Shown: piece after piece, positions 1 through 9,823 of the stretch | How positions within the stretch are numbered: the first letter of the stretch is position 1 | How the letters are laid out: each line of letters begins with the position of its first letter | Source: Thermoplasmata archaeon | GTDB lineage: Archaea; Thermoplasmatota; SW-10-69-26; JACQPN01; JAJPHT01 | NCBI GenBank assembly: GCA_034667685.1 | Contig: JAXDQU010000091.1 | Coordinates: 1-18,039, forward strand | Length of the DNA stretch: 18,039 nt | Direction: 5' to 3' | The notes under the pieces: model-generated | What the model saw: the letters and a program-made list of their open reading frames with translations, nothing else | What the model was told of the DNA's origin: nothing | Database searches by the model: none | Program-made: the position numbers and the translations under genes

Positions 1-61
1 AAGCGGGGCCGTCCCCGCTTCCCCAGCTTCCCTCGCTTCCCCAACTTCCCCAGCTTCCCTC
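1..61. repeat. Truncated hairpin element: five tandem 9-bp units (GCTTCCCCA/GCTTCCCTC) preceded by the remnant of an inverted arm
   Basis: Units at 17-25, 26-34, 35-43, 44-52 and 53-61. AAGCGGGG (1-8) is the reverse complement of CCCCGCTT (13-20), so the window starts just left of the hairpin loop. Confidence 0.8.
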
Positions 62-1547
62 AGCCCTCACCGAGCGCGATCTCCTTCTCGATCGCCCCAG
101 GCTCGTCGGGCGGCTCGCCCACGAGGACGATGCCTTTGCGCAGCTTCGACTTGCGTGCGCCGTACAGCGCGTAGATCATGAGGCCGAGGCCCATCCAGCC
201 CACGAAGCCCAGCAGGGTGAGCGTGCCCAGGAACCAGCCGAGCCCGAGGCACATGAGGATGCCCACGATGGGGAGCCACGGCGAGCCGGGCATGCGGAAG
301 GGGCGGGGCAGGTCGGGCGCGTCGCGGCGCAGCACGAGGAGAGCGCCCAGCACGAGGGCGAAGGCGAAGAGCGTGCCCACGTTGGTGAGCTGCACGAGGA
401 ACGTGAGCGGCAGGAGCGCCGCGCCGATGGCGACGAAGAGGCCGCCCACCAGCGTGATGCGCGTGGGCGTGCGGAAACGCGGGCTCACGCGCGTGAACCA
501 CGTGGGGATCATGCCGTCGCGCGCCAGCGTGTAGAAGATGCGGCTCGTGCCCAGCTGGAAGACGAGGAGGACGCTCACGGTGGCGAGGATGCCGCCCACG
601 GCCATGACGAGGCCGAGGTTCTCCATGCCCAGGGTGCGCAGCGCGAGCACGAGGGGGTCGCGCACGTTGAGGTCGCTGTACTTGATGATGCCCGTGAGGC
701 CGATGCCCAGCAGGATGTAGATGACCGTGCAGACGGCCAGCGAGAGGAGGATGCCGCGCGGCAGGTCGCGCTGCGGGTTCCTCGTCTCCTCGGCGGCGGT
801 GCTCACGGCGTCGAAGCCCAGGAAGCTGAAGAAGAGGAGCGCGGCGCCCGCGAAGATGCCGTTGAGGCCGAAGGGGGCGAAGGGCTGGAGGTTCTTCGCG
901 TCCACGTGGGGCAGCGCGACCACGAGGAAAAGCACGAGGACGGCGAGCTTCAGCACGACGAGCACCGCGTTGGCGCGCGCGCTCTCCTTCACGGGGCGCA
1001 GGAGGAGCAGCGTGACGAGCATCACGATGAGGAACGCGGGCAGGTCGAACACGCCGCCGGGCGCGGCGCCGGGCGCGGCGCGCAACGCGGCGGGAATGCT
1101 CACGCCGAGGCCGTCGAGGAGGCTCGCGAAGTTGCCGCTGAAGCCGTTGGCGACGGCCATGTTGCCGATGGCGTACTCCAGCACGAGGGCCCAGCCCAGG
1201 ACCCACGCGACCAATTCGCCGAACGTCGCGTAGGCATACGTGTACGCGCTCCCGCCCAGGGGAAGCATGGCGGAAAGCTCCGCGTACGCGAGCCCCGCGA
1301 CGGCGCAGACGATGGCCGCGACGATGAACGAGACGACGACGGCGGGCCCGGCCGCGGTGGCGGTGGCGGCGCCGATGACGGTGAAGATGCCCGCGCCGAT
1401 GACGGCGCCGATGCCCAGCGCGGTGAGCTCCCAGACGCCCAGCGTCTTGGAAAGCTGGGATTGCTCGGCCTGGCGGCGCATGGCGGCGGGCGGCTTGCGG
1501 GCGAGGTAGCGCTCGCGCGCCAGCGTCCAGAAAGGCTTGTCAGGCAA
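60..1547 (-). CDS. APC-superfamily amino acid permease (cationic amino acid transporter-like)
   Basis: 495 aa, about 12 hydrophobic segments, TM1 motif GAVIGAGIF, GSAY motif, TM6 FLGFDAVSTAAEE, C-terminal RPFRMP. The TTG start is uncertain. Confidence 0.93.
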   Translation of the reverse strand: MPDKPFWTLARERYLARKPPAAMRRQAEQSQLSKTLGVWELTALGIGAVIGAGIFTVIGAATATAAGPAVVVSFIVAAIVCAVAGLAYAELSAMLPLGGSAYTYAYATFGELVAWVLGWALVLEYAIGNMAVANGFSGNFASLLDGLGVSIPAALRAAPGAAPGGVFDLPAFLIVMLVTLLLLRPVKESARANAVLVVLKLAVLVLFLVVALPHVDAKNLQPFAPFGLNGIFAGAALLFFSFLGFDAVSTAAEETRNPQRDLPRGILLSLAVCTVIYILLGIGLTGIIKYSDLNVRDPLVLALRTLGMENLGLVMAVGGILATVSVLLVFQLGTSRIFYTLARDGMIPTWFTRVSPRFRTPTRITLVGGLFVAIGAALLPLTFLVQLTNVGTLFAFALVLGALLVLRRDAPDLPRPFRMPGSPWLPIVGILMCLGLGWFLGTLTLLGFVGWMGLGLMIYALYGARKSKLRKGIVLVGEPPDEPGAIEKEIALGEG

Positions 1548-1571
1548 CGCGGCGGCGATGCCGGCGCGGGC

Positions 1572-1910
1572 TCAAGAAGTCTCGGTGTCCCGCTTGCGAC
1601 CCATGCGCTCGGCCTGGAGGTTGACCTCGCGGGAGCCGACGATCTCCGTCCCCTCCATGCGGTACTCCGTGGCCTTGAGGGCATCCGCGGGGACCTTGAC
1701 GTAGCTGATGAGCGCGGTGACGCCGCCGGGCAGGAGCTTCGGGGCCTCGCGCGCGATGACCTCGGCGTTGTGGGAGAGCGGGACGGTCAGCGTGGAGGAC
1801 TCCAGGCTGATGGTGTCGGTGATCTTGACGATGGCCTCGGTCTGGGCGAGGGACTCCTCCGCCGCGCGGAAGAGGCGCTCGCGGCCCTGCGAGTTCTCCA
1901 CGATCAGCAT
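1572..1910 (-). CDS. Hypothetical protein, 112 aa (MLIVENSQGRERLF...RKRDTETS)
   Basis: C-terminal part of the 1572..3398 ORF, starting at ATG 1910. Strong G/C third-position bias and normal globular composition. It fills the gap before the permease. No family recognised. Confidence 0.7.
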   Translation of the reverse strand: MLIVENSQGRERLFRAAEESLAQTEAIVKITDTISLESSTLTVPLSHNAEVIAREAPKLLPGGVTALISYVKVPADALKATEYRMEGTEIVGSREVNLQAERMGRKRDTETS

Positions 1911-2052
1911 CGTCTTCAAGGAAGCACCTGGCGCTGTCCGCTGATGTTGCAAAGCGGTCCGTGACCGAGATAAGCATTCCTGTTTGGGCACAGTGACCAG
2001 CGATCCCGCTTTGCGCCGCGGCAAGCTCCTCCGAATCCATGCTCGCTTTCGT

Positions 2053-2127
2053 GGCGCTCCCTTCCCGACACCGCGAATCCCGGGATCCGTGGATGCCTCG
2101 GATGCTCGGTGCTGGGAATGGAGCGCC
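2053..2127. repeat. Imperfect ~75-nt intergenic hairpin with degenerate ~8-bp GAATCC/GGATGC units inside
   Basis: GGCGCTCCCTTCCCGACACCG (2053-2073) matches the reverse complement of 2107-2127 at 18/21. It lies between divergent genes. Confidence 0.65.
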
Positions 2128-2210
2128 GGCAAACGGACATCGGATGGGCACTTGCCCCTGCCCGCGCAGCGAGGCCGAAATCCCTTAAGGGCGCGCGATG
2201 ATGCTCCGGC

Positions 2211-3494
<1,284 letters not shown>

Positions 3495-3497
3495 ACG

Positions 3498-3902
3498 CTA
3501 CGCGAGCGGCCGGCGCTCCAGCCCGTCGACGGCATCGAAGTCCGCGTCGTCCGAGACGACGGTGAAGATGCCGGCGCCCATCGCCGTGGCCGCGTGGATC
3601 GCGTCGCGCGGCGAGAGCTTGCGGTGCGCGCGCATGAGGTCGAGCGCGGCGCGGACCTCGGCGTCGCGGACCGGCAGGATGCGCAGGCGCGGCAGGCCCA
3701 GGACGAGCTCGGCGTGCCGCAGCGCGACGTCGCGCCCCGCGTTCTTCCCCACGACCCAGAGGACCTCGTCGAGGGTGAGCGAGGACGTGGCCGCGTGCTC
3801 CTTGCCGGCTTCGAGGCGCGCGAGGAGCGCCGCGGCCGCGTCGGACTTGGGGCCCGTGTGGAGGACGGGATAGATCAGGACGTTGGCGTCGAGGTAGAGC
3901 AT
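3498..3902 (-). CDS. vapC: VapC-family PIN-domain toxin
   Basis: YLDANVLI, TLDEV, SPRDAIHAATA and VSDDADFD provide the acidic PIN active-site residues. 134 aa, 4 bp downstream of an AbrB-type gene. Confidence 0.93.
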   Translation of the reverse strand: MLYLDANVLIYPVLHTGPKSDAAAALLARLEAGKEHAATSSLTLDEVLWVVGKNAGRDVALRHAELVLGLPRLRILPVRDAEVRAALDLMRAHRKLSPRDAIHAATAMGAGIFTVVSDDADFDAVDGLERRPLA

Positions 3903-3906
3903 GCTC

Positions 3907-4152
3907 TCACTTCGCGCCGAAGCGGTCGCCGTACTCCGCGTCCCAGTCGATGCGCGCGGGCTCCTTCCGCTTGCGCGGGACGAGGCTGCGCATCTCGTCG
4001 ACGACGTGCCCGCGGAACGCCTTCTCGATGATGACCTTGCCGTCCTCCACGTGGAAGGCGAGCGTGTCGCCCGGCGCGATGCCCGCGGCGTCCCGCACGG
4101 ACTTCGGGATGACGGCCTGACCCTTCTCTCCCACCCGCGCGGTCTCGGTCAT
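3907..4152 (-). CDS. AbrB/MazE/SpoVT-family antitoxin (VapB-like)
   Basis: ARVGEKGQAVIPKSVRDAAGIAPGDTLAFHVEDGKVII is a typical swapped-hairpin AbrB domain. 81 aa, directly upstream of the PIN toxin. Confidence 0.92.
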   Translation of the reverse strand: MTETARVGEKGQAVIPKSVRDAAGIAPGDTLAFHVEDGKVIIEKAFRGHVVDEMRSLVPRKRKEPARIDWDAEYGDRFGAK

Positions 4153-4184
4153 ACCAAGTGGTATGAATTCTACCTGCTCATAAA
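4149..4184 (-). promoter_or_regulatory. TA operon promoter/operator: palindromes over the start codon plus a TATA-like box
   Basis: TCATACCA-AG-TGGTATGA (4149-4166) has perfect 8-bp arms and overlaps the antitoxin ATG. GGTA-N7-TACC at 4160-4174. TTTTAT on the minus strand at 4179-4184. Confidence 0.7.
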
Positions 4185-4185
4185 A

Positions 4186-5037
4186 CTATGGCATGACTTC
4201 GACCCCGTACACGCGCTTCGGGTTCTCGGCGTGGACGATCCACGCCTGCTCCTCGGTCATGAGCCCCTTCGCGATCAGGTCGGCTGTGCGTCGCGGCACG
4301 GTCTTGGGCCCGAGCACCGCGCCCGGGTAACGCGGGTCGCACATGAAGTCCGTCTCCATGAGGAAACGCGTGCCCTGGCGGATCGCGTCCTCCGCGCTGC
4401 CCTTGCCGATGAGCACGCTGGGCCAGAGGCCGCGGTTGAGCGCCGGGTCGAGGATCGGCGCGCTGTAGTGCTTCACCGCGCGCTCGGCCGGCAGGCCCGC
4501 GGCGGCCAGGTGCGCAGCGAGGTCGGCGAAGCTTTCCGGCGTGGTCGTCTCGGCGTGGATCTGCACGGGGCAGCCGGCGTCCGCCGCGAGGGCGAAGGCG
4601 TGCTCCATGAGCGCGTTGGCGCGCGCCATGATCTCATCCGGGACCGGGCGCCAGTGGGGGCGGCCCACCTCGGCCATCGCGACGGCCTTGCCCGCGCGCA
4701 CGAGCTTGGCGGCCGCCTCCTGCGCGCCGCGGTGGATCGCCTCGGCCTCGTCCATCGGCACGCCCGCCGTGAGCAGGCTCGTGAACTCGGCCGGGTGCGG
4801 GCTGATGGCGACGTGGACCTTCAGGCCCAGCGCGCGCGCCTTGTCGGCCATGTCGAGCGTGATGCCGAACTGGCGCTCGTGGTCGGCGACGCTGCGGTTG
4901 ATGCCCGCGCCCTCGTGGTAGGGCTTGTGGACGAGCATGACGTGCGTGCCGCCCGCGTTCAGGAAGTCCTTCACCGACTGCTCCCACGGGCCCGCCGGAT
5001 CGAGGTGGAAATGGTCGTCCCACACGGGATATCGCAT
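4186..5037 (-). CDS. TatD-related metal-dependent hydrolase (archaeal MJ0761/COG1831-like)
   Basis: DDHFHLD (HxH), SPHPAE, AEVGRPHW, VQIHAE, VKHYS, FLMETDF and RYPGAVLGPKTVPRRT. TIM-barrel amidohydrolase pattern, 283 aa. Confidence 0.88.
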   Translation of the reverse strand: MRYPVWDDHFHLDPAGPWEQSVKDFLNAGGTHVMLVHKPYHEGAGINRSVADHERQFGITLDMADKARALGLKVHVAISPHPAEFTSLLTAGVPMDEAEAIHRGAQEAAAKLVRAGKAVAMAEVGRPHWRPVPDEIMARANALMEHAFALAADAGCPVQIHAETTTPESFADLAAHLAAAGLPAERAVKHYSAPILDPALNRGLWPSVLIGKGSAEDAIRQGTRFLMETDFMCDPRYPGAVLGPKTVPRRTADLIAKGLMTEEQAWIVHAENPKRVYGVEVMP

Positions 5038-5358
5038 TCACGGCCTCCCGATGCCCTTGCCGTGCTCGTGGCCCGGCGCGCGCTCGCCGCCGTCGCGCAC
5101 GAGCTTCGCTTGCAGCAGGAGCCGCGAGCGCCACTGCTTCCAGTCGGCCTCGGTGGTGAGCGCGAGATAGCTTTCCACGAGCGCGGGCGCAAGCAGGCCC
5201 TCGGAGCTCTGGCGCACGAGGGCGCGGAAGGCGTCGAGGTCCGGCGCGGCGCGCAGCGCCTCGATCAGGTCGGGCTCGCTCCTCGCGCGCTCGCCGAGCT
5301 TCGTCCCGACGGCGGTGACGAGGCCGTACGCCTTCTTCGCGTCCTGCGGGAGCGACAT
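5038..5358 (-). CDS. Hypothetical helical protein, 106 aa
   Basis: Its TGA directly abuts the TatD ATG (TGAATG) and it starts 4 bp after the upstream gene. Good codon bias. Confidence 0.75.
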   Translation of the reverse strand: MSLPQDAKKAYGLVTAVGTKLGERARSEPDLIEALRAAPDLDAFRALVRQSSEGLLAPALVESYLALTTEADWKQWRSRLLLQAKLVRDGGERAPGHEHGKGIGRP

Positions 5359-5362
5359 CGCG

Positions 5363-5686
5363 TCACCCGATCGGGGGCGGCGGCCCCTTGCGCTTCTCCG
5401 CCTTGCTCGCCTTCACCTGCTGCGCGATGACGCCGCGCTTCCCCTTCGGCGGGGGCGGGGGGGCCGCGGTCTTCTTCTGCGGGAGCAGGCCGAAGAGCAG
5501 CATGCACGCGGCCACGAGCCAGACGAGGTACGCGAGCGGCTCGTTGGGATACCGGTAGACCCACCAGCCCAGGAGCGCGACGAGCCCCGCCGCGACGGCC
5601 CAGAAGAGGATCTCCAGCCAGCGCCCGTAGGGGGGCGTGTGGAACGCCTCGATGAGGCGGCTGAACGGCCCGGGGCGCGGCGGCAT
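5363..5686 (-). CDS. Small membrane protein (2 TM helices, Lys/Pro-rich cytoplasmic tail), 107 aa
   Basis: Likely start at ATG 5686 (MPPRPGPF...). Hydrophobic segments ILFWAVAAGLVALLGWWVY and LAYLVWLVAACMLLFGLL. Confidence 0.75.
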   Translation of the reverse strand: MPPRPGPFSRLIEAFHTPPYGRWLEILFWAVAAGLVALLGWWVYRYPNEPLAYLVWLVAACMLLFGLLPQKKTAAPPPPPKGKRGVIAQQVKASKAEKRKGPPPPIG

Positions 5687-5749
5687 CAGGCTCCGGAATT
5701 CGTGGTCCCGCTTGGCGTTTGCGCCCCTCTCCCGGCAGCGGGCTCGTGG

Positions 5750-5810
5750 CGCCAAGCTTCACGTCTCCGCTTCGCCGGCGTGTTGGCGTGTCCGCGTGTT
5801 GGCGGCAGCG
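5750..5810. repeat. GGCGTGTT-family 8-bp tandem units with a degenerate inverted left arm
   Basis: GGCGTGTT GGCGTGTC CGCGTGTT GGCG at 5777-5804. CGCCAA at 5750-5755 pairs with TTGGCG at 5799-5804. 5778-5810 matches 9770-9803 at 30/34. Confidence 0.7.
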
Positions 5811-5903
5811 CCGGGCCGCCACGGCGCGGATGAACCATCACGGGAAAAGTCGGACTCGACGCCGCGCACAGGCTTCATGCTCCCGCGCCCGCGTGCCCCG
5901 CGC

Positions 5904-7817
5904 GTGCGCCGCGTCCTCGCCCTCTTCCTCCTGACCTGCCTCCTTGCGGGCTGCGTGTCGTTGCCCGGCGCCACGACCCAGGCCCCCGCCAATGCCGCGC
6001 CCGCGCTCGTCGCCGAGGGCGCCACGCTGCGCGCGGTGGGCGACGGCGTCTTCGCGACGTGGGGCGGCAACGTGACGTTCGGCTCCTCCTCGGCGCCCGC
6101 CTCGCTGCCCGTCGACCCGACCGCGACGCCGGCCGGAAGCGTCACGAAGCCGTTCACGTGGCCCGCGGGCGCGACGATCCTCGAAGGCTGGCTCAACTGG
6201 ACCGACGGCAAGGCGGTGCTCGCGCTGCGCGTCAACAACGAGAGCGGGCGCACGTGGTGCGGCGCCCCCTTCCCGAGCAACGTGAGCGACGCGCGCTGCT
6301 TCGCGACGTTCTACCGCCAGCCCTTCGGCGACCCGTCGAAGTGGAAGGCCGTCGTCTCGCCCAACTCCTACGACGGCGCGGCGCCCGGCCCGATCCCCTT
6401 CACGCTGACGCTGCTCTTCCGGAACGCGACGCTCCCGATCCTCGACTCGCCCGCGCCCGCGGGGGCCGACGCGCCGCTCGTCTTCGCGCCCACGACGCTC
6501 GTCTCGAAGGACAAGCACACCGGCGAGCCCTCGCTCGCGCTGACGCCCAAGGGCACGGTGTACGTCGCGGCGCCCACCGGCGCGCAGGAGTCGCTCTTCC
6601 GCTCGACCGACGGAGGCAAGACGTTCGGCCTCGTGAAGATCCACGACAACCCGACCCGCGACCCCACGAGCGAGTTCGCCACCGGCGGAGGAGACTCCGA
6701 CGTCGCGGTCGTCGGCGAGAACGATCTCTACTTCGCGGACCAGCAGGGCGGCAGCGCCGAGACGGTGAGCAGCTCGCACGACGGGGGCGCGACGTGGTTC
6801 ACGCAGCCCGCCGCGGCCGGCCCGCCCTCGACGGGCGGCATCCCGCGCCCCGCGCCGCTCCCCGTGGGTCTCCCGGGCGCGCCGGTCTTCAGCGCGGACC
6901 GCCAGTGGCTCGTGGCCGACGGGAGCATGGACGTCTGGCTCGCGTTCAACTCGCAGGACGGCGCGACGGTGGTCCACTCGCTCGACGGCGGCCGCACGTG
7001 GCCCCAGCGCGGCACCATGGGCGGCGACGACTGCTCGCGCGGCAACCTCGTGCGCAGCGTCGCGAGCCCCACCGGCGTCCCTGTCGCGGGCGGCGGCTGG
7101 CTCTACTTCGCGGGCTGCAACGAGAAGGGCCCGCTGCTGGGCGTCAGCACCGACGGCGGCCTCACGTGGACCACGCACCAGGTCGCGCAGCGCGACGGCC
7201 AGACCAGCACGGGCTTCCTCTTCGTCACGCACATCTTCGTCATCGCCACCACCGACGCCGCCGGCAACGTGTACGTCGTGTGGTGCGACGAGGCCGACGC
7301 GCCCGGCGACCACGCCGCGCCAGCCGACGGCCCGCACGGCGTCAACGTCTGGTTCGCCAGCAGCACCGACCACGGCGCGACGTGGAGCAAGCCCCTGAAG
7401 GTCAACCAGGCGCCGGGCACGTACGTCCTCCCGTGGGTCACCGCGGGCAAGGCGGGCCACGTCGCCGTCGCCTTCTACGGCACCAAGGCCGGGCCGAACC
7501 CCGAGCGCATCGTGGGCGACTGGTACCCCCTCGTGGCGACGACGGACGACGCCACCGCCCCGACGCCCACGTGGCGCTGGAGCACGATGGGCGACATGAT
7601 CCAGTACGGCCCCGTCTGCATGCGCGGCTCCGCCTGCGGCAACGCGCGCAACCTCCTGGACTTCTTCCAGATCCAGGCCGACAAGGATGGCATGATCCAC
7701 GCGACGTTCATCGACGGCCGGAACGGGGGCAACGCGCGCAACGCCGACATCCTCTACACCAGCCAGGTCGGCGGGCCCGGCCTCGGGGGACCCAGCGTCG
7801 ACAAGAATGGGGGATAG
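5904..7817 (+). CDS. Secreted lipoprotein with BNR/Asp-box repeats (sialidase-like beta-propeller), paralog 1
   Basis: Signal peptide with lipobox-like LLAGC (GTG 5904 or ATG 5877 start). Asp-boxes STDGGKTF, SHDGGATW, SLDGGRTW, STDGGLTW and STDHGATW. Confidence 0.85.
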   Translation: MRRVLALFLLTCLLAGCVSLPGATTQAPANAAPALVAEGATLRAVGDGVFATWGGNVTFGSSSAPASLPVDPTATPAGSVTKPFTWPAGATILEGWLNWTDGKAVLALRVNNESGRTWCGAPFPSNVSDARCFATFYRQPFGDPSKWKAVVSPNSYDGAAPGPIPFTLTLLFRNATLPILDSPAPAGADAPLVFAPTTLVSKDKHTGEPSLALTPKGTVYVAAPTGAQESLFRSTDGGKTFGLVKIHDNPTRDPTSEFATGGGDSDVAVVGENDLYFADQQGGSAETVSSSHDGGATWFTQPAAAGPPSTGGIPRPAPLPVGLPGAPVFSADRQWLVADGSMDVWLAFNSQDGATVVHSLDGGRTWPQRGTMGGDDCSRGNLVRSVASPTGVPVAGGGWLYFAGCNEKGPLLGVSTDGGLTWTTHQVAQRDGQTSTGFLFVTHIFVIATTDAAGNVYVVWCDEADAPGDHAAPADGPHGVNVWFASSTDHGATWSKPLKVNQAPGTYVLPWVTAGKAGHVAVAFYGTKAGPNPERIVGDWYPLVATTDDATAPTPTWRWSTMGDMIQYGPVCMRGSACGNARNLLDFFQIQADKDGMIHATFIDGRNGGNARNADILYTSQVGGPGLGGPSVDKNGG

Positions 7818-7860
7818 CGGCGCAACAACGTTGATCCGGTCCGTCCGGCTCGGACCCGTC

Positions 7861-9684
7861 ATGCGCGCGCTCCTGGGGCTCCTGGCCCTCTCGCTCGTTC
7901 TTGCCGGCTGCATCGGCCAGCCCACGCTCCAGACGGCCTCGGTCGGCCCCGCGCTCCACGCGCCCCCGGCCCTGACCTCGGAGGGGGCGAAGGTCGCGGT
8001 CTCGGGCGACCAGACGCTCCTGACGTGGACCGGCCAGCTCACGCCGAACAACGCGCCCGTCTCCACGCCGCTCGTCGCGAGCGCGCAGGACTCGCTCTCC
8101 TACAAGGTCCACCTGCCCGCCGAGGCGCACCTGCTCCACGGCTGGATCAACTGGACCGACACGTCCGCGGCGCTGTTCTTCTTCCTGGACGACAAGGACG
8201 GCCCGATCTGCGGCGCCGCCTCGCCCGAGGGCACCACCAGCGAGTGCTTCGCCACGCTCTACGGCGCGCAGGCCGCGGCGCGCGACGCCACGCTCACCGT
8301 GAGCCTCTCGGGCGGCAACGCGCCCGTCGCGTTCACGCTGACGCTCCTCGCGAGCAGCCTGGACCTGCCGATGCTGGGCAGCCCCGCCCCGTTCGGCCCC
8401 ACGGCGCCCAGCGTGTTCGCGCCGCCGGTGGTGGTCGACCCGCAGCGCCACACCGCCGAGCCCTCGATCGCGGTGACGCCCAAGGGCGTCGTCTACGTGG
8501 CCGCGCCCGTCGACGCGCAGAGCGCGCTCTGGCGCAGCACGGACGGCCAGAAGTTCGCGTTCGTCCCGATCCACGGGCAGCCCACCGACCCGCTCAGCCA
8601 GGACCCGATCGGCGGAGGCGACGCGGACGTCGCGGTCTCCGGGGAGAACGACGTCTACTTCGCGGACCAGGGCCTGGGCGAGGCCGTCTCCGCGAGCCAC
8701 GACGGGGGCAAGACGTTCTTCACGCAGCCCCTCGGCTCCGGCGTGCCGCTCACCGACCGCCAGTGGCTCGTCCTCGACGGCGGCATGAACGCCTGGCTCG
8801 CCTTCAACGGGCCCAACGGCGCCACGGTCAGCCAGACGCGCGACGGCGGCCACGCCTGGGTCGCGCTGGGCAGCATGAAGGAGGACTCCTGCTTCCGCGG
8901 CAACCTCGCCCGCGCGCCCGACGGCACGCTCTACTTCGCCGGCTGCGACGCCAACGGACCCGGCGTGGGCGTGAGCACGGACGGCGGCCTCTCGTTCACC
9001 TGGCACGCGGTCGCCAAGCGCGACGGCAAGACCAACACGAGCTTCCTTTTCCCCGCCCACATCTTCGTCGTCGCCACCACCGACGAGAAGGGCAACGCGT
9101 ACGTCGCCTGGAGCGACGAGGCGCAGAACCCCGACGATACGAAGGCGCCCGAGGGGCCGCACGGCCTCAACGTCTGGATGGCGAGCAGCAAGGACCAGGG
9201 CAAGACGTGGAGCAAGCCGCAGAAGGTCAACCAGGCCCCCGGCACCTACGTCCTTCCCTGGATCACCGCCGGCAAGGAAGGCCAGGTCGCGGTGTCGTTC
9301 TACGGCACCAAGTTCGTCGGCCACCCCGAGCGCGTGATCGGCGAGTGGTATCCGCTGGTGGCGATCACGCACGACGCCCTGGACGCCAACGCCACGTGGC
9401 AGGAAAGCGCCGCGAGCCCCGACCTCAACCAGTACGGCCCCGTCTGCATGCGCGGGAGCGGCTGCGGCAACGCGCGCAACCTGCTCGACTTCTTCCAGAT
9501 CCAGGCCGACAAGGACGGCCTGCTCCACATGGCGTACGTCGACGGCACCGGCGGAGGCAGCTACGTCAAGTCCACCATCATGTACGCCGGCCAGGTCGGC
9601 GGCGTCGGGATCGGCGGGCCCAGCGTCGACAAGAACGGCGGGCCGAAGGCGCAGCCGATCCTCCGGCTGCCGGCCACGCCCTAG
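7861..9684 (+). CDS. Secreted lipoprotein with BNR/Asp-box repeats (sialidase-like beta-propeller), paralog 2
   Basis: MRALLGLLALSLVLAGC signal/lipobox from ATG 7861. Asp-boxes STDGQKF, SHDGGKTF, TRDGGHAW, STDGGLSF and SKDQGKTW. Colinear with paralog 1. Confidence 0.87.
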   Translation: MRALLGLLALSLVLAGCIGQPTLQTASVGPALHAPPALTSEGAKVAVSGDQTLLTWTGQLTPNNAPVSTPLVASAQDSLSYKVHLPAEAHLLHGWINWTDTSAALFFFLDDKDGPICGAASPEGTTSECFATLYGAQAAARDATLTVSLSGGNAPVAFTLTLLASSLDLPMLGSPAPFGPTAPSVFAPPVVVDPQRHTAEPSIAVTPKGVVYVAAPVDAQSALWRSTDGQKFAFVPIHGQPTDPLSQDPIGGGDADVAVSGENDVYFADQGLGEAVSASHDGGKTFFTQPLGSGVPLTDRQWLVLDGGMNAWLAFNGPNGATVSQTRDGGHAWVALGSMKEDSCFRGNLARAPDGTLYFAGCDANGPGVGVSTDGGLSFTWHAVAKRDGKTNTSFLFPAHIFVVATTDEKGNAYVAWSDEAQNPDDTKAPEGPHGLNVWMASSKDQGKTWSKPQKVNQAPGTYVLPWITAGKEGQVAVSFYGTKFVGHPERVIGEWYPLVAITHDALDANATWQESAASPDLNQYGPVCMRGSGCGNARNLLDFFQIQADKDGLLHMAYVDGTGGGSYVKSTIMYAGQVGGVGIGGPSVDKNGGPKAQPILRLPATP

Positions 9685-9730
9685 AACGTGCCTTCTCGGT
9701 TGCTGCGAGGCTTCCTTTCGCCTCCCTTGG

Positions 9731-9807
9731 GCTTCGCTTGCCGCGATCACGCCAAGACGCCAACACGCGGCGTGTTGGCGTGTTGGCGTGTGGGCGGCAA
9801 GCGAAGC
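9731..9807. repeat. 77-nt near-perfect hairpin with GGCGTGTT-family 8-bp units (possible bidirectional terminator/REP-like element)
   Basis: Perfect 14-bp outer arms GCTTCGCTTGCCGC (9731-9744 / 9794-9807). Inner 21-bp arms (9748-9768 / 9770-9790) with one mismatch. It lies between convergent genes. Confidence 0.9.
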
Positions 9808-9823
9808 GCGGCCAGGCGGGAAC

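Noticed and set aside
1911-2210. tRNA, riboswitch or other ncRNA in the 300-bp lower-GC gap
   Set aside because: No T-loop/cloverleaf or recognisable aptamer. Only an imperfect hairpin resembling the repeat elements was seen. An Rfam/Infernal scan would be decisive.
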